Origin: Octopus sinensis
Lineage: Eukaryota
Direction of reading: 5' to 3'
Length of the DNA: 50,913 nt
Assembly (NCBI RefSeq): GCF_006345805.1
Contig: NW_021834210.1
Coordinates: 1 to 50,913 of the forward strand
The notes below the pieces were generated by a model. It was given only the letters and a program-made list of their open reading frames with translations. It ran no database searches and was not told the DNA's origin. The translations under genes were made by a program, and so were the position numbers. Shown piece after piece: positions 50,015 through 50,913 of this stretch; the stretch's first letter is position 1; every line of letters begins with the position of its first letter.

Positions 50015-50050
50015 CTTTCACGTTTCGAGCCTATGCTCTTCAACAGAAAG
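50015..50050 (-). ncRNA. Degenerate minimal hammerhead in a ~190-bp element between (TA)n tracts (49925-50117)
   Basis: CTTT-CTGTTGA-A-GAGC atag GCTC-GAAA-CG-T-G-AAAG. Two positions depart from consensus. Confidence 0.55.
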
Positions 50051-50129
50051 GAATGAGAAAATAAACAGAGAGAGACTGAAAAAAAAAACCTTGTAGATTT
50101 CAGCGGCCAAGCATGGCATATATATATAT

Positions 50130-50735
50130 ATAAATAAGGGTATCTAAGAGACACCACCATACTGAAATAGCAGTCAAATCCCCGACTCTAAAAACCACTT
50201 TAAATCTTCATATCGCACCATGAGATAAGACAGAGAGACAAAATTAACTGGCAAAAAGATATTACTGGATAATTCAAGATCCTGGATTTCAAACTTTGCT
50301 TCAAATAAGCTCTGCCTTCATCAGTTGAATATATCAGATGGGCACATAAATACAAATATATATATACAGAACACACATTATACTTACATATACGAACGTC
50401 CATACATATATATATATATACATGTATGTACAAGGCCAGTTCAAAATGCCCGCCAACCACCTCATAAGCGCGATATTGTCAAAATAAATACCGCAGTGAA
50501 TATAGTGACGAATTATATAAATTTATAAACAAGGCTAATATCGATATTTAAATATCGATATTATCAAGTGGCCAGCATGGGAATAAATACCATACAAAGG
50601 TAACCATTTCTTTTACAACTATAAATAAGGGTATCTGAGAGACACCAACATGCTGAAATAGCAGTCAAATCCCCGACTCTAAACACCACTTTAAATCTTC
50701 ATATCGCACCATGAGGTAAGACAGAGGGACAGAAT
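50130..50735 (-). mobile_element. Hammerhead-containing partial tandem element (~491-bp unit, ~1.2 copies)
   Basis: 50130-50244 is directly repeated at 50621-50735; (TA)n lies on both sides. Confidence 0.75.
50272..50330 (-). ncRNA. Type I hammerhead ribozyme motif with intact core
   Basis: ATTCAA-CTGATGA-A-GGC..GCTT atttg AAGC..GTT-T-GAAA-TCCAGGA-T-C-TTGAAT. Perfect 6-bp helix I; AUC triplet. Confidence 0.75.
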
Positions 50736-50741
50736 AGACTA

Positions 50742-50797
<56 letters not shown>

Positions 50798-50913
50798 ATT
50801 TATAGATATATAGATAGATAGATATGTGTGTGTGTATATGTACGTATGTATGTATGTATTCCTACTCAATTTTATTATTTTACTTGTTTTTGTCATTTGA
50901 CTGCGATCATGCT

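Overview
Repeat-dense, AT-rich eukaryotic DNA, intergenic or intronic, with no supportable host protein-coding gene. The SINE families and microsatellite load look like Octopus/cephalopod DNA; that assignment comes from recognising the repeats and was not verified. Nearly all ORFs in the track are microsatellite artefacts. The centrepiece is a ~5.9-kb Tx1-like (L1 superfamily) non-LTR retrotransposon at 14518-20427 (minus strand) plus two 5'-truncated relatives. All three lie head-to-tail, each bounded on both sides by (GATA)n/(TATC)n and each lacking a poly(A) tail, which points to a (TATC)n-targeting LINE. Its last ~50 nt match the 3' tail of an abundant tRNA-derived SINE in the same window (called SINE-B here). 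SINE-B forms dimers, trimers and tetramers that always restart at the same internal position. The window also holds about 11 type I hammerhead ribozyme motifs from several unrelated Penelope/retrozyme-like repeats. These include a 408-bp palindrome with back-to-back hammerheads and an element with a tRNA head plus a hammerhead. Decayed mariner, Tc2-like, hAT, Helitron, RTE, CR1-like and RLE-type elements, several other SINE families and a SINE-derived satellite make up most of the rest. SINE-A to SINE-D are working labels of mine. All alignments were done by eye.
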